Source of the DNA: Toensbergia leucococca
Lineage: Eukaryota
Assembly (NCBI GenBank): GCA_022813965.1
Contig: JALDZS010000038.1
Location: forward strand, 1-64,000
Direction of reading: 5' to 3'
DNA: 64,000 bases
Below the pieces are notes generated by a model. It had not been told where the DNA came from. It ran no database searches and saw only the letters and a program-made list of their open reading frames with translations. Below are positions 62,713 through 64,000 of the stretch, one piece after another; the stretch's first letter is position 1, and each line of letters starts with the position of its first letter. The translations under genes were made by a program, and so were the position numbers.

Positions 62713-64000
62713 TCATTTCCCCCTCCCATCTAAACTCCTCTCCAAACTCCCCAGCAGATCTTCCTCCCCATCCTCAAAACGCACCACCCCCTCGCTACTG
62801 ACTTCTGGCTCCACCAGTCCATCCAACAGATCATGCCCAGCAGGAATTGCCGCATTTGCCGACGAAGCCTTCGGTTCAGGGGCGTCTTCGACGGAGATTG
62901 CGTCACCCGGGGAGAGAGCTCCTAGAGGTGGAGCGAAGGTTATGGGTGTATCTTGGGCGGGGTCGATGAGGATGGCAGGAGGTGGTTGAAAGGACTGGGC
63001 TGCTGCGAGAGGGAGGTCGGGCGAGCTTGAAATGTCGCGGTTTATGAGCACACTAGGGTGGGCGTGAGGGTCAGGTTCCACGATTTGGGGAAGCGATTTG
63101 GAGGGCGACCTTGACAGCGAGCCTGGCGCGTCGGGGGTTGGGGAGAGCTCGCCTTCTTCACGGTCGCCGTCCTCGGCGTCATCGTCGTCGTCTTCGCTGC
63201 CTTCGTCGCCTTCGTGAAGGACAGAGTCGTCGCCCATTTCCGTGTCGTTGTCTGCATTTTCTTCTTTGATAAGACTGTCGGATTTGGTGGCTGTGGCCAC
63301 GCCTGAGGAGGTGCCGTTCACGCCGTTGGGTTTGGGCGCGCCTTGGGAGCCGTCGGCGAAGGCGACTTTCTTTCTTCGGCCGCGGCCCGGGCCTTTGGGC
63401 TTTCTTTTAGGTGGCGGGGGCCGCCTTCTTGGAGGCGTGGGCTGGACTTGGTCTCCAGCGATGACGACACCTTCTGCGTTCGCTACACCGACGCCTTCGA
63501 CGACGGTTCCTGGTGCGGGTGCCTCGGTCAAAGTGGTCTCTTCTTCTACGATCTCGCCTTCGACGGTTTGTCCCTCTGGGACAAGAACCTCCCAGACATA
63601 GACGTTCCCTTCAGCATCCACTTTTCTGACCTTCGTCTTCCTCATCTGCCCCGAATTGCCAACTAATGGTCCAGTAATGCCGCTATATACCGACGGCAAG
63701 CCTTTCCTCCTCTTAGCCAAGTATTCTGGCTCTGCTCCCTCGAGGTGTCTAGGTACGACAGCCCATCTCTTGGCCACAAAGCCGGCATCAATCTCTCCCT
63801 CGGCATCTTCCTCTTCCCCAAGGTCTTTCTCATCTTCCATCGGCGGAGTGGGTTTATTCACTTGGCCCATCCTTGCCGCTCGGAGTAGAGCCTGACTCAT
63901 CGGAGAAAGCAAGTGCGAATCTCTCGGCATAGGTAGTTCTGGCCAGCCTGCGTTACGCATGTTGGTGATGTTGGAGTTTTCTTTTTGGGGTGCGACGTTG
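62713..64000 (-). CDS. Conserved fungal hypothetical protein, 5' end outside the window
   Basis: Open for more than 415 codons up to the window edge. WPELPMPRDSHLL…EPEYLAKRRKGLP…RRRPPPPKRK basic patch and an acidic, disordered C-terminus. Confidence 0.8.
   Translation of the reverse strand, partial: NVAPQKENSNITNMRNAGWPELPMPRDSHLLSPMSQALLRAARMGQVNKPTPPMEDEKDLGEEEDAEGEIDAGFVAKRWAVVPRHLEGAEPEYLAKRRKGLPSVYSGITGPLVGNSGQMRKTKVRKVDAEGNVYVWEVLVPEGQTVEGEIVEEETTLTEAPAPGTVVEGVGVANAEGVVIAGDQVQPTPPRRRPPPPKRKPKGPGRGRRKKVAFADGSQGAPKPNGVNGTSSGVATATKSDSLIKEENADNDTEMGDDSVLHEGDEGSEDDDDDAEDGDREEGELSPTPDAPGSLSRSPSKSLPQIVEPDPHAHPSVLINRDISSSPDLPLAAAQSFQPPPAILIDPAQDTPITFAPPLGALSPGDAISVEDAPEPKASSANAAIPAGHDLLDGLVEPEVSSEGVVRFEDGEEDLLGSLERSLDGRGK

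Overview
Eukaryotic DNA from a filamentous ascomycete (Pezizomycotina), judged from short GT-AG introns with CTRAC/CTAAC branch sites and fungal-type proteins; a lichen-forming host is only a guess. The window has two compartments. About 1-10.2 kb is decayed and TGA/TCA-rich, with no intact recognisable gene. It holds a 182-bp solo LTR with a 5-bp target duplication, an intron-containing Zn-cluster-like pseudogene and a truncated DUF3990/ADP-ribosyltransferase-like remnant. About 10.5-64 kb is gene-dense core genome: RRP40, SSZ1, a GPI cell-wall protein, POP7, a secreted Cys-rich protein, VPS64/FAR9, a membrane protein, MGR2, a Cys-type selenoprotein-K homolog, SPOUT methyltransferase, SPC19, ATP18, otubain, CSN2, MET1, DERA, LIP2, RHO3, CWC25, an AAA ATPase, SUR7, RAV2, LIP5, an M20 amidohydrolase and a conserved hypothetical protein. 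MGR2, ATP18, the SelK homolog and most of RHO3 are missing or fragmented in the ORF track and were rebuilt by hand-splicing. The most unusual signal is a repeated, abrupt switch from C/A-rich to G/T-rich sequence that ignores gene orientation and reaches into coding sequence. I found no tRNA, rRNA or CRISPR array and cannot claim a proven new system. All family assignments come from recognising motifs, not from database searches.
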